A DNA stretch of 62,902 nt, counting the filler, from Rhabdomonas costata (Eukaryota), in assembly GCA_019059605.1 (NCBI GenBank). It is 57 parts of 57 records of this genome, joined end to end, with 100 filler letters (N's around TTAATTAATTAA, not from the genome) between each part and the next. Parts side by side here need not be neighbours in the genome. Positions count along the whole stretch, not along the records: positions 49,736 to 50,740 come from JAHMHO010034109.1; positions 50,841 to 51,845 come from JAHMHO010034110.1; positions 51,946 to 52,950 come from JAHMHO010034111.1; positions 53,051 to 54,055 come from JAHMHO010034112.1; positions 54,156 to 55,160 come from JAHMHO010034113.1; positions 55,261 to 56,265 come from JAHMHO010034114.1; positions 56,366 to 57,370 come from JAHMHO010034115.1; positions 57,471 to 58,475 come from JAHMHO010034116.1; 49 more parts are not named here. One strand, 5' to 3'. Positions 50,657-62,902 of the stretch are shown here, in pieces. Numbering within the stretch: the stretch's first letter is position 1; each line of letters opens with the position of its first letter. The position numbers were made by a program, and so were the translations under genes. Under the pieces are notes generated by a model, which was not told the DNA's origin, made no database searches, and saw nothing but the letters and a program-made list of their open reading frames with translations.

Positions 50657-53600
50657 GTATGTGGATGTACAGCAGGGCAAACAGCAGCTGGTACAGAAGG
50701 CAGGAAATCTGCCAGAACCTACCCACACAAGTATTGCGCCNNNNNNNNNNNNNNNNNNNNNNNNNNNNNNNNNNNNNNNNNNNNTTAATTAATTAANNNN
50801 NNNNNNNNNNNNNNNNNNNNNNNNNNNNNNNNNNNNNNNNTGTGGTGGGTGTGGTTTGGGTGAGTGGGACAGCAGTTGAAGACTCCCACTTTTGTTGTTG
50901 TTGTTGATTGGCATTGTGTGGGAAAATAAAAGACGAAAAAGGAGGGAAGCGGGAAACAAAGGAGAAAGAAAAGAAATCTTGTTCTTGTGAAGACGCGTGC
51001 AGCCTGGGGTGCTCGTGAAGCTGAAGAAAAGTGTGGTCGTGGGGAGTGTGCGGGCGGTGTTCCGGGATCCAAGGCAGTGTTAATGAACGAGTCTTTGTGG
51101 TTGAGAGCACAGGAGTGAATTTTACGCGAAAGAAAACGCAATTCAAGCTCAAAACTCAACGTTCATCCAATTCAAAGGCGAGCCAAGGGAAGGCCCATGG
51201 TTTTGGGAGAATTTGCTCACTCACGAAACCGAGCAGAAAGATGAAACTTCCGGGAAGTCGCTGCAGCGATCAAGGACGTTTGCAGGGTGTGGCGATAGTA
51301 GTAGAGCCACAGGGGAGGGGGAAGGACTTCTCCCGTCCCGCGCGGCTCCCCATCGCAGACTAACCTTACCGCGCTGAAGATTCGCTACGTGGGGCTGGAT
51401 GATGGGGGCGTGGGGCCGCCTAAGCTGATCTTGAAGACAGGACAGAGCCAGGTGTTCATCGCGGAGCTCGTCCTGGTGGACCAAGAGGAGAGGTCTCTGT
51501 GCGGGAGAGTGACAGAGTTATAATCCAGTTCCAAAAGCGACCCATATGTCGTCCTGGACTCATCCCCTCTGTCCCCTCTGCAAGTCTGGTCATCAGGCGG
51601 ACACGTGCATCGACCTCCCGAGTTCCTTTCCATTTCCTTCCCCTTTGGGTGTCATGGTTTCCACAGCCTACTGCCCAACTGGCGCAAGGCTCTGTGGGCT
51701 CGCGGGTGTCAGCGGAAGGCAGAGACCACCGGCCAAAATAAGCCTGCTTCCTCTGCCACTGCGTTTCTGTCTGCGCTCTCCGCGCTAGTTAAGCTGCAAA
51801 CGAATCAGCCAAACTGGGAAAAACTTTCCGTGCCAACACAACAACNNNNNNNNNNNNNNNNNNNNNNNNNNNNNNNNNNNNNNNNNNNNTTAATTAATTA
51901 ANNNNNNNNNNNNNNNNNNNNNNNNNNNNNNNNNNNNNNNNNNNNTTGTGTGAGAGTGAGGGTTGTTAGAATGCCTCCAACTTGAGTGAAGGAGTGAGAG
52001 ACATGCGCTACTCCCACGCTAACTGTCTACCTCCACCACAGAAGCAGGGATTCCCACGCAGAGGGAGATGCTGGTACCCTACCTTGATGCTGATACCTTA
52101 CGCTGATGTCAAGCTGAGCTACCCGCTCAGAGGATGCATGGACTGAGGGTGAGAGGAAGCATGATGGTGACGGAGGATGTTCAGAATTAACCGCTGGTTG
52201 TGACACGGGTTCACCAAGCTCGCATTAAAAAATAAAATTGTCTATGGCGTCCCGGTACAGTTTCCCATCCCCGCAGCCGCGAAAATGTGATTCTGAAAAG
52301 GTGAATACCATTCACGCTGGTCAACGTTCAACACTCCTTCCCCGGAGAAATACAACTGTCCCCCTTCTTGCTGTTGCTCACCCCACCTCTCTTCAAGGAC
52401 ACTTTTGCCCCCGCCGCAGGTTTTCCCGTGCGCTTCACACAGGATAGTTCTGCTCACCCCAGACCACATTCCTCCCATTGCATATCCCTTCTCCACACTT
52501 CGGTTTTTTCTTCCTGACCTCTCAACACCCCAACGCCCCTGTGGCTCCCATTTGCTTTGTTGCTATCCTTTTTTTTTCCTCATTCTTACCCAACCGCCTT
52601 TGTTTCCCTTCCTGTTGTGTCTCCGTTCTGCGACTTAGGACTTAGGACTTAGGACGCTGGGCAACGGCCTCCGAATGAAGACCTGCTCTTGAAGCCTCTC
52701 CATTGCGCTTTTGATTTTGGAGGAGAAAGTGGTACCACTTACGGACGCCCTTTTTGGTCCTCTGTTTTTTGTGGCTCCTGACAAGGCGCGTGGACGCGTA
52801 CAAGCGCTAGCTTACAGTGTCATTTGTCCTCCCCTTCACTTTCTCTTTCCCATGCCCTTCACCCCAGATCTCCCTTCCCGTCCCGTACCCCTTCTCCCAG
52901 TTCAGTCTTTTTTCTGGCCTTTCCACACCACCACCAACCACACCCAACACNNNNNNNNNNNNNNNNNNNNNNNNNNNNNNNNNNNNNNNNNNNNTTAATT
53001 AATTAANNNNNNNNNNNNNNNNNNNNNNNNNNNNNNNNNNNNNNNNNNNNTTGGGGTGGTGGTGAAGCAGCGCGCGCGCGCGCGCGCGCAAATGGGCACA
53101 GCAGAATGGGCGCAGGTGCGGACCTGTTTCAGCGCACGATCCTCGGCCAGCTGCTTTGGGGTGGGCACCCGCAACTTCTCGTCCACGACTCTCTTCGGAG
53201 TTGAGAATGCTGCGGAAGCGTCCACCTATACAGTATTTGCATGCACGCAAACAACAGAAGGCGAGAACGCGCCCCCAAGATTGGGGGGGGGTCCCACGAT
53301 GCCTTTTACAGACGGGGGTTCCCAAAATAAAATAGCGGTAAATGGGATTCCTCAGAGTCGAGAGCACACTGAACGCGAAAAGGAAGCGACGAGAACACAC
53401 GAGACCACATTACTACTGGTCCGAACACACACAGAGTGCGATCAAACTTTTTTATCATTATTATTCGTCGGATTTTCCTCAGTTCTGGGTTTTTTTGAAA
53501 TTGTCCTCAAAATACTGAAAAAGTATTTGCGTGCAATCCTGGTGATTTCGGCACATACAATGTGCCAGCATTGTGGTACCTTTACATTAAGGAGTTGCAG

Positions 53601-54706
53601 CTTGCTCGGCTGCTCGTTCCGTCACTGCTAAGACACGCACGAGCCTACCGGTTTCTTCTCTGGGGTCACGGAGAACGGAATACTCTGAAGCTCCTTGTTG
53701 ACTCCTGAAAAAAAAAAAAATGATCCCAAATCGAAAAAGAAAAGGGCCTGAACCTTGACCTGACACCCTTACCTTTAACATACCATCGAGCCACGATGTC
53801 CCTGCATACCGATTCACGCAGCACAGTCATCGCATCGTGAGAACAACCATACCCTCACCGAAATGCTCGCGTCCAGCCGAAGATACCCTGGGTTCGCCTC
53901 AGTCCCACAGTTCCCTCAGTCGCTCCTTCGAGTTTATCGACTACGAGCCATCGAGCAAATAGAATAGCAGCTTCCGAGGTAACCCAACTCAGGCCCGGCT
54001 TCAGCCTCCCACTAGCCATACTTTGCAGCTGCCTCTGCAGCAGGAACACCAACCCNNNNNNNNNNNNNNNNNNNNNNNNNNNNNNNNNNNNNNNNNNNNT
54101 TAATTAATTAANNNNNNNNNNNNNNNNNNNNNNNNNNNNNNNNNNNNNNNNNNNNCTTCGCATCGGCGCCGCCATTCTACGCTCCTCAGAACAGCGGCAC
54201 CTCCCCACGGGAGCTCCTGGCTACCTTTGCGTCGATAGCTTTGTTTATTCTTTAGGGTAAAAACAGTCGAAAATAAGGGGGGGAAATATGACCTCGGGGT
54301 CATTGCGAGTGGAAGTTGAGTATTTTCGAAACTCTCCCTGAGATCCCATCATACCAGGGGGGAGACGGGAACGGGAGAGGACTTGATGCGAGAACTCGAA
54401 TTTTTGTCCATTTTTTCCACAGTCGTGGCCCCTTTTTAAATCGAGTTTTGTCAGTTCTTCAAACCAAAAAACCCGAGTTCCGCAACCGAATGAAACCGCG
54501 CCCTCTTTGGATGCATCTTAAAAACATGCGCTGACAATGCATGTGAGGTGTATATAGACATCAGGCCTTGACATCGGCTGAGTCCCATTGCAGCATAAAA
54601 AATTTGTAATAGTATGGTTTTACTTGGGTGTGTAGCTTTAGTAGCATCCCGTAAAACGGCACCCCGCTCCAACCTCCCGAGATATCGCCTTCCCGTGGCT
54701 CCACAG

Positions 54707-54969
54707 CGGCGTACTTTCTATGCGGGGGGCTTCCCGTGGACCTCCCCACGAAGCCCCCCCAGCCAGGCTGCCTGCGGGGAGTGCTGCACTGCCTGGGCCT
54801 CGTGGCAAAGGCCTCGGCAGAGGGCCGAGTGGAGGTCCGGGTGGTGCTCTCGGTTGACCCCAAGGGGTGGATCCCTGCCATGGCTCTGGACACAGGGATC
54901 CGGACCTCTCTGAAGTCTCTGCAGCGGTCCGGGGTGGCGCTGGACTTTCAGAAGATTCTCGCACTTTAG
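54707..54969 (+). CDS. Last exon, START lipid-binding domain
   Basis: PPQPGCLRG...VRVVLSVDPKGWIP is the START C-terminal motif; cag acceptor and TAG stop. Confidence 0.75.
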
Positions 54970-57154
54970 CAAAAATGAAAAGAAAAAAGGAAAGTTTTTG
55001 TCTGTTTTCTTCATTGGTGAGGGTTATGGTGCACAACGACTCGTGGAGTACTTTGATACTGCCACTTTGATACACCTTGGAGCTGTGGAAATTGGCGGGA
55101 AGGGCAGGAGGTATCAAAGTGGCAGTATCAAAGTACTCCACGAGTCGTTGTGCACCAAACNNNNNNNNNNNNNNNNNNNNNNNNNNNNNNNNNNNNNNNN
55201 NNNNTTAATTAATTAANNNNNNNNNNNNNNNNNNNNNNNNNNNNNNNNNNNNNNNNNNNNGGGGTTGGGGGAAACCACAACCAGCAAGATAAACTCTGGA
55301 GCTGGCACACGAGGGGGAGAGACTTATGTCGCCATTACGACATGAGACGCACTTATTGAACATGAAGAAGGAATACCCAGGAGATTAACACTGAAAAGTA
55401 GTCAAGAACGGTAACTGTGGTGATGGACACGACTTCACCAAGCCATCTGTGATCAAACTAGATGCGCTTGTATTGGTGGTTGGAAGATAATACCTGGTCT
55501 TAAAGTCCTGCCAATGCAGTGCTGAGAACATGTGCAGGTGCGCCACAAAGCACAAATGTGCGCGGTGCTTGGACGGGTGAAAAGAGAGTGTGAAAATATG
55601 GGCAGGCCTCTGTGAAATGTATACAGGACATGGTGACGTGCGTAAGAGACCAAGTGATGAAAGCAGCCATTTGACTGAGGTAGACTTGACTAGAGTGTAA
55701 AAAGAAGTGAGCAATTTGATCGAATGACGTTGGTGTATAGATAATAGAACTCAATGGACAATACCAAGGTAGGAAAGAGTAAAGGAACGTGATGAGTGTG
55801 GTTGAAGAAGGAGACTGAATGGACAGATGTGCTTGAGAGAGATTTGGCCTGAGGGCTAATGATCACCGACTGGACGTGCAAAGACTTTACACTAAGATGG
55901 GCGGCACGGCCTGTATTTGTTCCCGGTGACGCTTGAGGCCTAGATGAAGGTCCAGCTTCCTAACATTTTAATTTCATTGGTTTATGTACTGAAAGTGAGG
56001 AACAAAGGAAAGAAGTGGGCCTTCAAATAAAAGAGAATGTCTGCGAACTTGATAAGGAGGAACGTGAATCTGGAAAACGTCAAATTTTGCACAAGAGAGT
56101 TGCATTTAAAGTTAGTAAAAGTAATGAAAACCAAATAATATCGAGAAAAGTTTCAACAGTGGCGGAATTCAAATAAAGTTTACTTCTTCAACCACACTCA
56201 TCACGTTCCTTTACTCTTTCCTACCTTGGTATTGTCCATTGAGTTCTATTATCTACACACCAACANNNNNNNNNNNNNNNNNNNNNNNNNNNNNNNNNNN
56301 NNNNNNNNNTTAATTAATTAANNNNNNNNNNNNNNNNNNNNNNNNNNNNNNNNNNNNNNNNNNNNGTTTGTCTGGGATGATCACTGGACGTTCAATGCGT
56401 AAGATAGATACATCAACCGATAGGTTTCCGGCTGTGGTTCTAGTTTCGGTGGCTCTTCATGGCAACTCCTCTAGCTTGGTTCAGCCTGTTAGAATTCTCG
56501 ACAGTCTCGAAAGAATTAAACAACAAAACAATCTCTACAGTCGGGTTTTGTCCAAGGAAGCACTGGCAAGAACAATTGAGACATCGATCGAGGCAAAGGA
56601 ATTTCCTCCCAATCCTTAGCTCTTGTTTCCGTCCCGCTCAGTACACCCGGGCCGATATTTTAAGCATTTTGTCCGAAGAAGTGGATTCTTCCGTCTCCGG
56701 TTCATTTCTATCTCCTATTCTTCACGGTGTATCGGGTTTGCTCCGGAGACACATATTGTCCCACCTCTCGCTCTCCAAGCGCTCCTCCTCTGCAACAGAT
56801 CCGGAGTCCACCTGGGTGGACCTGGACTTTCAGCCGCATCACTCTCCACTACAACGAGCGAGCCGTGCTCAGAGCATGTGGCGCGAGTTGAAGGATGGTA
56901 GCTGAACAGGATTTTCGATCCCGAACACCGCCTTCTGATGATGTATCTGTTGATGTTCTTACCAGAAACTTGATGGGTGAACCTGACTAAACCAAACCAA
57001 AACGTGCAACGAAGGAAAAAAGTGGTACAAACCACAAAAACAATAAAGGCAAAAGTCAAGAAAATACAAAAATAGAAATGAAAGAAAAGCCAAAAAGCAC
57101 AGAAAGGCATATTTTTGGAGTAGTAGTGAGGTCTGCATGTGGTAGGGTAACAGA

Positions 57155-57350
57155 AACGGCCTCCATCATCTCCGACCGGGACTCAGGATTCATTTCATCC
57201 TTTTGGGAGACTGTATGTTCCCACCTCATCACTCGGATCCGAACATCGAGCGCATTTAATCCTCATACCAATGGACATACCGAAAGAATGAATGCCACAA
57301 TCAAGCAATTGCTTTGAGTGGCTCAGTGCGAAGACATTTATTGGCTTGAT
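57155..57350 (+). mobile_element. Degenerate Ty3/Gypsy integrase core fragment
   Basis: SIISDRDSGFISSFWETVC...TSSAFNPHTNGHTERMNATIKQLL* matches the rve D-(35)-E region; premature TGA at 57315. Confidence 0.9.
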
Positions 57351-57566
57351 GGCGGTGAACAACAACCCCCNNNNNNNNNNNNNNNNNNNNNNNNNNNNNN
57401 NNNNNNNNNNNNNNTTAATTAATTAANNNNNNNNNNNNNNNNNNNNNNNNNNNNNNNNNNNNNNNNNNNNTTTTGGTTTTCCCGGAATTCTGTTCTGGCC
57501 ATGAGTGCGTGTGCATGGGCTGGTGATAGGACGTTGTGTGTTCTTAGGAGGACGTTTCCTTGATAG

Positions 57567-58475
57567 GTGCCGCGTGAGCATTGTGGAGGCTGCCAGCCAG
57601 CTGTTCTTGCCCTTCGACGTGGAGATGGTGGAGCCGTTGATGTTCACCTTGGCCGCAGCGGGGGTGGCGGTGCACTTGGACTCCGCGGTGTGCGGGTTCG
57701 AGCAGGTACGCATGCGGCGGGCGGATAGTTCGGGGATTTGGGTGTGGCCTTTGGACACAGTGCGCATGTGCATGTGCATGTGCATGTGCATGTGCATGTG
57801 CATGCTCGTGCCCGCAACTGTTCCTCTGGCGAATTTAAGGTCTGGCTCGTGTGGTTCTTCTTGTGGGCATACCATTGTGATGCCGTTAAAAAGTTGTCTG
57901 ATTCTCTATTTTCTGGGGGTGGGTGAGTTGATTTGTGAAGTAAATGAATGGGAGTGGCGCAGCAGGCTTTGGGTACATTGGCGTCTCACCCACCCCGCCG
58001 CCCTTTCATCCACCGGAAGTGGCCGCCATCCACTATCAACCCATCTCCCAGGTGGTTGGTTTTTTTGCTCCCCGAGACACAGAAACACCCTCCCCTCCGC
58101 CGACTGGTTTGGTTGTCCACAGGATAAATTTGGTTGCATACTGGCGGGCCACAGGATAAATTTGATCTATTGGAGGGGGGGGGGCACAGGATAAACGTGC
58201 GCCCGCTCTGGGTTTATCTCTAGAGAAGAGAGCGTTGGTTCTCCCGTCCACCCCTGTCACCATCTAAACGGTAAGGAAAGCGGGTCCTATGCAATGAAAA
58301 CTGAGAATCGGGTGGTCGTGCAGGTGGAGGGCAAGCGGCTTCGGGTGCTGACGAAGAATGGCAAGGCCCTGGCCGCGGACCTGGTGCTGTTGGCGATCGG
58401 GGTGCGCCCCAACACCGCCCTTGCCACGGCGGCAGGGCTGCAGCTGGGCGAGCGCGGGGGCATCGCCGTGAACCG
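57567..58475 (+). CDS. FAD-dependent pyridine nucleotide-disulfide oxidoreductase (CoA-disulfide reductase/NADH oxidase-like), two exons (57567-57705, 58324-58475)
   Basis: VSIVEAASQLFLPFDVEM...L...GVAVHL..AV.GFEQ|VEG...ADLVLLAIGVRPNTALATAAGLQLGERGGIAVN; phase-0 GTACGC...CAG intron. Confidence 0.85.
57764..57804. repeat. (GCATGT)n microsatellite in intron
   Basis: About 7 tandem hexamers. Confidence 0.9.
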
Positions 58476-60243
58476 NNNNNNNNNNNNNNNNNNNNNNNNN
58501 NNNNNNNNNNNNNNNNNNNTTAATTAATTAANNNNNNNNNNNNNNNNNNNNNNNNNNNNNNNNNNNNNNNNNNNNGAAGGAGCTGTGAGGGGTACTTTTC
58601 TTTTTAGTCTTGGTTTTGAATCTCTCTTTTCTGGCTTTTACCAGAGCTACCTCGGTTTTTCGGATTCGTGGTGGGGATGGGGGGGGGCAACGGCTGGCTC
58701 CATTTTGAAGCATGGGACATGCTTCTCCCAGCTATGTATTTGCATTCACCTTTGTTTCCTTTCCTCAGTACTTTTTTCACGTGTGTTGATTCCGTTCAGT
58801 GAAAGGGTGGAGCTTTTGCTGCGTTGTTATTTGTGGAGACTCACATAACCCGTCATAGCACGCAGCTGGGGATTGTACGATAGTTATCCTTCTCGCCACA
58901 AAGAAAATGTCGTAGCATTTATATACCATCCGATGCTTTTTATATAGCGTCCCCTTCATCCCTTACTTGGTACCTGGGTGACTTGCGTTTCCTCCTCCTC
59001 CTCCTCCTCCCTTGGTGATGGTTCAACCTCAGTTACAATGGCAGCAGCGTGTGCCTGGTTTCTTGCTTCGACCGAGCGCTTCGAGCTGGGAGTATTTGCC
59101 CAGTATTCCTCAGTGGGGGTATACCTCAGGAACTCTGCGGCTTAGGCGGTGGGAATTTACCAACAGGGACACCGATGCGGTAGGAGAAGACATCGCGATC
59201 AGTTGTTCAGACATCGAGCTGTTCGCCGGCTTGGAAAAGATCATGCCGTCACCCCGCGTTATCAGAAAGCCGCCCGTCATGGAGGCCGCTGGATATCTGG
59301 ATATCTGTTTTTGTTGCGCAGGTTGAACATGAAGTACTGGCACCCCCGTCCAGTTTTATCTGCCTCTCACAGCAGTCATTGGGACGACCGGCGAGCAGGG
59401 AGGCAGTAAGGACTAGGAGAACTTCTCTTTCAGCTTTTACTGAGCGGCCACCTTTTTCTTTTTCCACTGCATTGCATTTCTTTTCTGCTTTTAGGGTCGG
59501 CACCATCTCTGCTTGTTTCCATTTTCTTTTCGCGAACTTGCCTTTGCTCTTTTTCGTTTCCCTTTTCCAACACCCCCAACNNNNNNNNNNNNNNNNNNNN
59601 NNNNNNNNNNNNNNNNNNNNNNNNTTAATTAATTAANNNNNNNNNNNNNNNNNNNNNNNNNNNNNNNNNNNNNNNNNNNNTGTGGTGTGACCGAACGCGA
59701 ACAAAAACCATCGAGCTGCTGCAGCGGGAGACCCAGCAGGAGGAATGAGAGTGGGGATATCCCCTCCCGCGATCTGTTCCTCGGTCGCTTTTATGAACCT
59801 CTACCGAGCAGCGTTAGTAAGGATTTGGCAAGACCTTCTTCTCCGCAGAGATCGCAGACATGGGACCGCAACTCAGTTTTTTTTTCAGACACACGACTGT
59901 GCTGAACAGATTCTCGTTCACTTGCGCGGGAGCGCAGCATCCCCTTACATGTGAAATTTGACTACAGTTGGGAGGAGCAAAGGTCCCCGAAATAGGGATA
60001 GCACGTAATCGCTTGAAAGTTTTCACTTGTTGCTGAGATTGAGACAATCGTAAGATCATTGCGTGTAAGGTGCAGAAGTCAAGAGGTGTTTCCTGAGCCC
60101 AGCAAAACAGTGACACTTTTTTGAAGGTTGTAACCAAAGTATCTGCGGTTATTTGTTGTGTCTATTTGTCCGCGCAGCAAAAGTTTGTGCATCACTGTTC
60201 TCATGCTCTGCCCGGTTCCTGCCGAACTTACCTCTTTAGCTTA

Positions 60244-60402
60244 ATGCCATTGGCGTTTCTGCCGTCCCCATCCCGGGGTTACGCCCGCCTCTCACCGCAC
60301 GCCGACCCTGAGATGACTTACAGGGACCTTTGGGGAATATCTGTGGAGGCCGTTGCCACTCAGCTGGACACTGACTGCAAGTCGGGGCTGACATCTCAGC
60401 AG
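60244..60402 (+). CDS. First exon of a P-type cation ATPase (Cation_ATPase_N)
   Basis: WGISVEAVATQLDTDCKSGLTSQQ|gt; the ATG at 60244 follows a pyrimidine-rich AG. Confidence 0.6.
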
Positions 60403-61957
60403 GTGTAAACTTGTGCAGATGTTTGTACAGTTCTTTCTCTTATCGCTGTTCTGGGGGTTCTACCAGATGGGTCTATCTAGCCTCTTCAGCCGACCTCCGG
60501 AACCTCACCAATCGTCGGGGGCCTCGTCGGAAATGGTGGGGTAGGACAACTTATTTCGGCCCAAAACGTCGCCCTATTCGCTGGGTGATATCCGCCATGG
60601 TCACTCTCGGACCGGACCGGACCGGACCGGAGACCTAACATTGACCTCAGAACTCGAGCAAGAGTGACGGGTTGGGGCTCATATNNNNNNNNNNNNNNNN
60701 NNNNNNNNNNNNNNNNNNNNNNNNNNNNTTAATTAATTAANNNNNNNNNNNNNNNNNNNNNNNNNNNNNNNNNNNNNNNNNNNNTGGTTTGGGTCCTCAC
60801 CTCCTTGAACGTGAACCATATATATATAACCGTGTATATATATAACCGTATATATATAACGTGAACCATATATATATAGTCGTTCGCTAAATCCTCTTCC
60901 TTCCCCACCTTGAATGTCGGCTTCAATCGGATCGGAAAAGCTTTAGGGGCGTCGTCTTTCTTTAAATAACTTGTCTCCTTCGTTGTCAACCTCGACCCGA
61001 TGCGGTCAGCAGGAATAGAAGCACTTGCGGTATTGTCATTCTTCCCCCAACCTCAGGATCTCTCGTCGCTAGAACCCCTTTTGTGGTTCGGGAAGAGAAC
61101 CAAGGCCGGGCCCTGTGGACGGTACAGCGTCTGCATATTCATGCAGCTACGGTGGCGTGATCATAGGTTCACAAACAGCGGCCCACTCTATTGCCTTGTT
61201 TTGTTGGCTTCTTATCTTCGCATAAACGGGTCTTGTAAAATAACGGGCATGCCGATATGCTCGGTGGAGGGATGCCCCCGTGTCTGTTTTCGAAGCAAAT
61301 ACGGAGAGGGATCTTTCTCCCTGACCTCTTCATAGACCTATTCAAATGTCGGGTTCGGTCTTTTTGACTCCCTCCCATACACACATACACACACTGTCTG
61401 GTGTGCTGGCACCGCAACGCCTGGAGATACCCGTGCTGCCCTTGCATCCATCCGAAAGAAAAGTTCCAAGGGTAGTTCCCGCGAGAACAGGCCCCAGCCC
61501 CTCAAGGAATCAGTGCGGAGTCGCAGAGCAATGGAGCAATGCAGGTAGCTGCTGGAAAATAGTAGCTGCGTGACAAAGGCCCCGGACCCGTGGGGCAGAA
61601 AAAAGAAGGAGGGCGGTCCATATGTGGAACCTTCGGCGGTGAACCGGTTTCGGTTCCCCACGGCACCGTTCGTTCCAACGGCACCTCTCGCGAGCACCCG
61701 TGGCCAACAGCGTGTGCGCCCGTCAGCCAACCAGGCAACCAGGCAACAGCCAGCGCGCGCGCGCGCGCGCACACACACACACACACCCCNNNNNNNNNNN
61801 NNNNNNNNNNNNNNNNNNNNNNNNNNNNNNNNNTTAATTAATTAANNNNNNNNNNNNNNNNNNNNNNNNNNNNNNNNNNNNNNNNNNNNTGTTTTTGTGA
61901 CTGTGGTGGTAAACGTACGATACCCCAGTTTGGCATTTCAGTTTCTCTTCATTGCAG

Positions 61958-62224
61958 GAAGATGCTCTGTGACCGTACTGGAGGCCATTTCGTTGTACGT
62001 CTTGGCGCGGAAGTATCTGCTGATCCCGCTGGCCCACCGCACCCTGCAGCTGATCACCGCTCACCTCAGCGCAGGTCAGTGTGAGGGCGCGGTTTAGATA
62101 GCGGTGCTCTGGTACAGAGGGCCGCCGCTGGCGTTCCCCTTGCTCGTGCAGGCACTGTGGTGGACATGCTGGTGGAGGCCCAGCGAGCGATCACGCAGTG
62201 CGACCCTCATCTAATTGATAAAAT

Positions 62225-62225
<1 letters not shown>
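61958..62225 (+). CDS. BTB/POZ-BACK-like protein, two exons (61958-62074, 62152-62225)
   Basis: VTVLEAISLYVLARKYLLIPLAHRTLQLITAHLSA|GTVVDMLVEA matches the BTB end/BACK start pattern; phase-compatible intron. Confidence 0.55.

Positions 62226-62259
<34 letters not shown>
62226..62259. repeat. (GT)n microsatellite starting at the intron donor
   Basis: Direct dinucleotide run. Confidence 0.95.
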
Positions 62260-62262
<3 letters not shown>

Positions 62263-62792
62263 TTTGCTCTCCCACCATCCTCACCACGAAGTGTACAAAA
62301 TGGTTCCCGCTGCTGGACATTAGCTGAAAGCCCACGAAAGTTGTGACCCCTCTGCTTGCCATATCAGATTCGGATGGCCGTCCGTGAGGCCTCGTCGATT
62401 CCTCACTCCACGCTGTGCCGGCTTCCCGTGAACCTTCTGCAGCAGATTGTCGGAGCCACAGATCTCCGCCTCACTGAGGTTCCTGCTGTTCTGTGGAGTT
62501 GGCCTCTTTTGGCTGAGTAGCCCAGTAGCTCACTCTTACGAGCGTCAAAGCGAGCGGCTTTCTGGAAGCTGCTGATTTAAGCCGCTCACATTTAAATATG
62601 CAGGGAGGATTTTGCAACCGCTGTTTGGTTTTGGCGGTTCGGCAGTTAGCACGTGTCCGACGAACACTGAAGAGTAGCAGCAACGTCCTGCGAAAGTTGA
62701 CGTAAGCTTTGGTGAGAAAGCGGCGGGGCGACACGGGATTTTCTGCAACAACCTCACAGATTGTGTACTTGAACCTTTTCGTTTTTTTCTGC

Positions 62793-62897
62793 TTGGTGAG
62801 AAGATGGATCTGCTGGATGGATCTTCACCTTTTTCAGTCGGAGATCTTCAGCCTGAAAAAGGTGAAGATCCATCCAGCAGATCCATCTTCTCACCAA
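62793..62897. repeat. 45-bp perfect fold-back at contig end (probable amplification chimera)
   Basis: 62793-62837 is the reverse complement of 62853-62897. Confidence 0.9.
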
Positions 62898-62902
62898 CCA
62901 CC

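Noticed and set aside
52632-52654. (CTTAGGA)3 telomere-like repeat
   Set aside because: Only three copies, internal, and not a TTAGGG array.
62075-62097. Apparent 23-nt micro-intron (GT...TAG)
   Set aside because: The acceptor at 62151 has a pyrimidine tract and gives a better BTB/BACK-like junction.

Overview
This window is not one locus. It is 57 unrelated ~1.0-kb contigs joined by artificial 100-nt linkers (N44-TTAATTAATTAA-N44), so nothing can be inferred across a linker. The contigs come from a fragmented eukaryotic nuclear genome with short GC-rich exons and GT-AG introns. The donor bias (GTNYG), HAMP/cyclase-like receptors and euglenozoan-style mitochondrial sequences suggest a euglenozoan, probably euglenid-like (inference). 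Whole-genome-amplification signatures are common: G/T-only 5' ends, C/A-only 3' ends, near-complete TGTGTTGGGTGTGTTTGG-type primer remnants and fold-back inverted repeats at contig ends. Recognisable nuclear exons include symplekin, XRN, AGC and MAP kinases, UTP20-, GPN1-, eIF3j- and HIP-like proteins, START, SPRY, BTB, EGF, WD40 and P-type ATPase domains, a bacterial-type CoA-disulfide-reductase-like gene with an intron, a PLA2-fold exon lacking the catalytic His-Asp dyad, a tandem knottin-like exon, and Ty3/Gypsy gag and integrase relics. The most unusual signal is a set of G+T-skewed mitochondrial gene fragments: cob, two mutually divergent nad1 versions and a possible cox3. They carry in-frame TAG codons, two of them at positions that are often Tyr, and short deletions or frameshifts where aromatic, U-rich codons are expected. 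These are either decayed NUMTs or pieces of a fragmented, edited or recoded mitochondrial genome. No rRNA, tRNA or CRISPR array was found.
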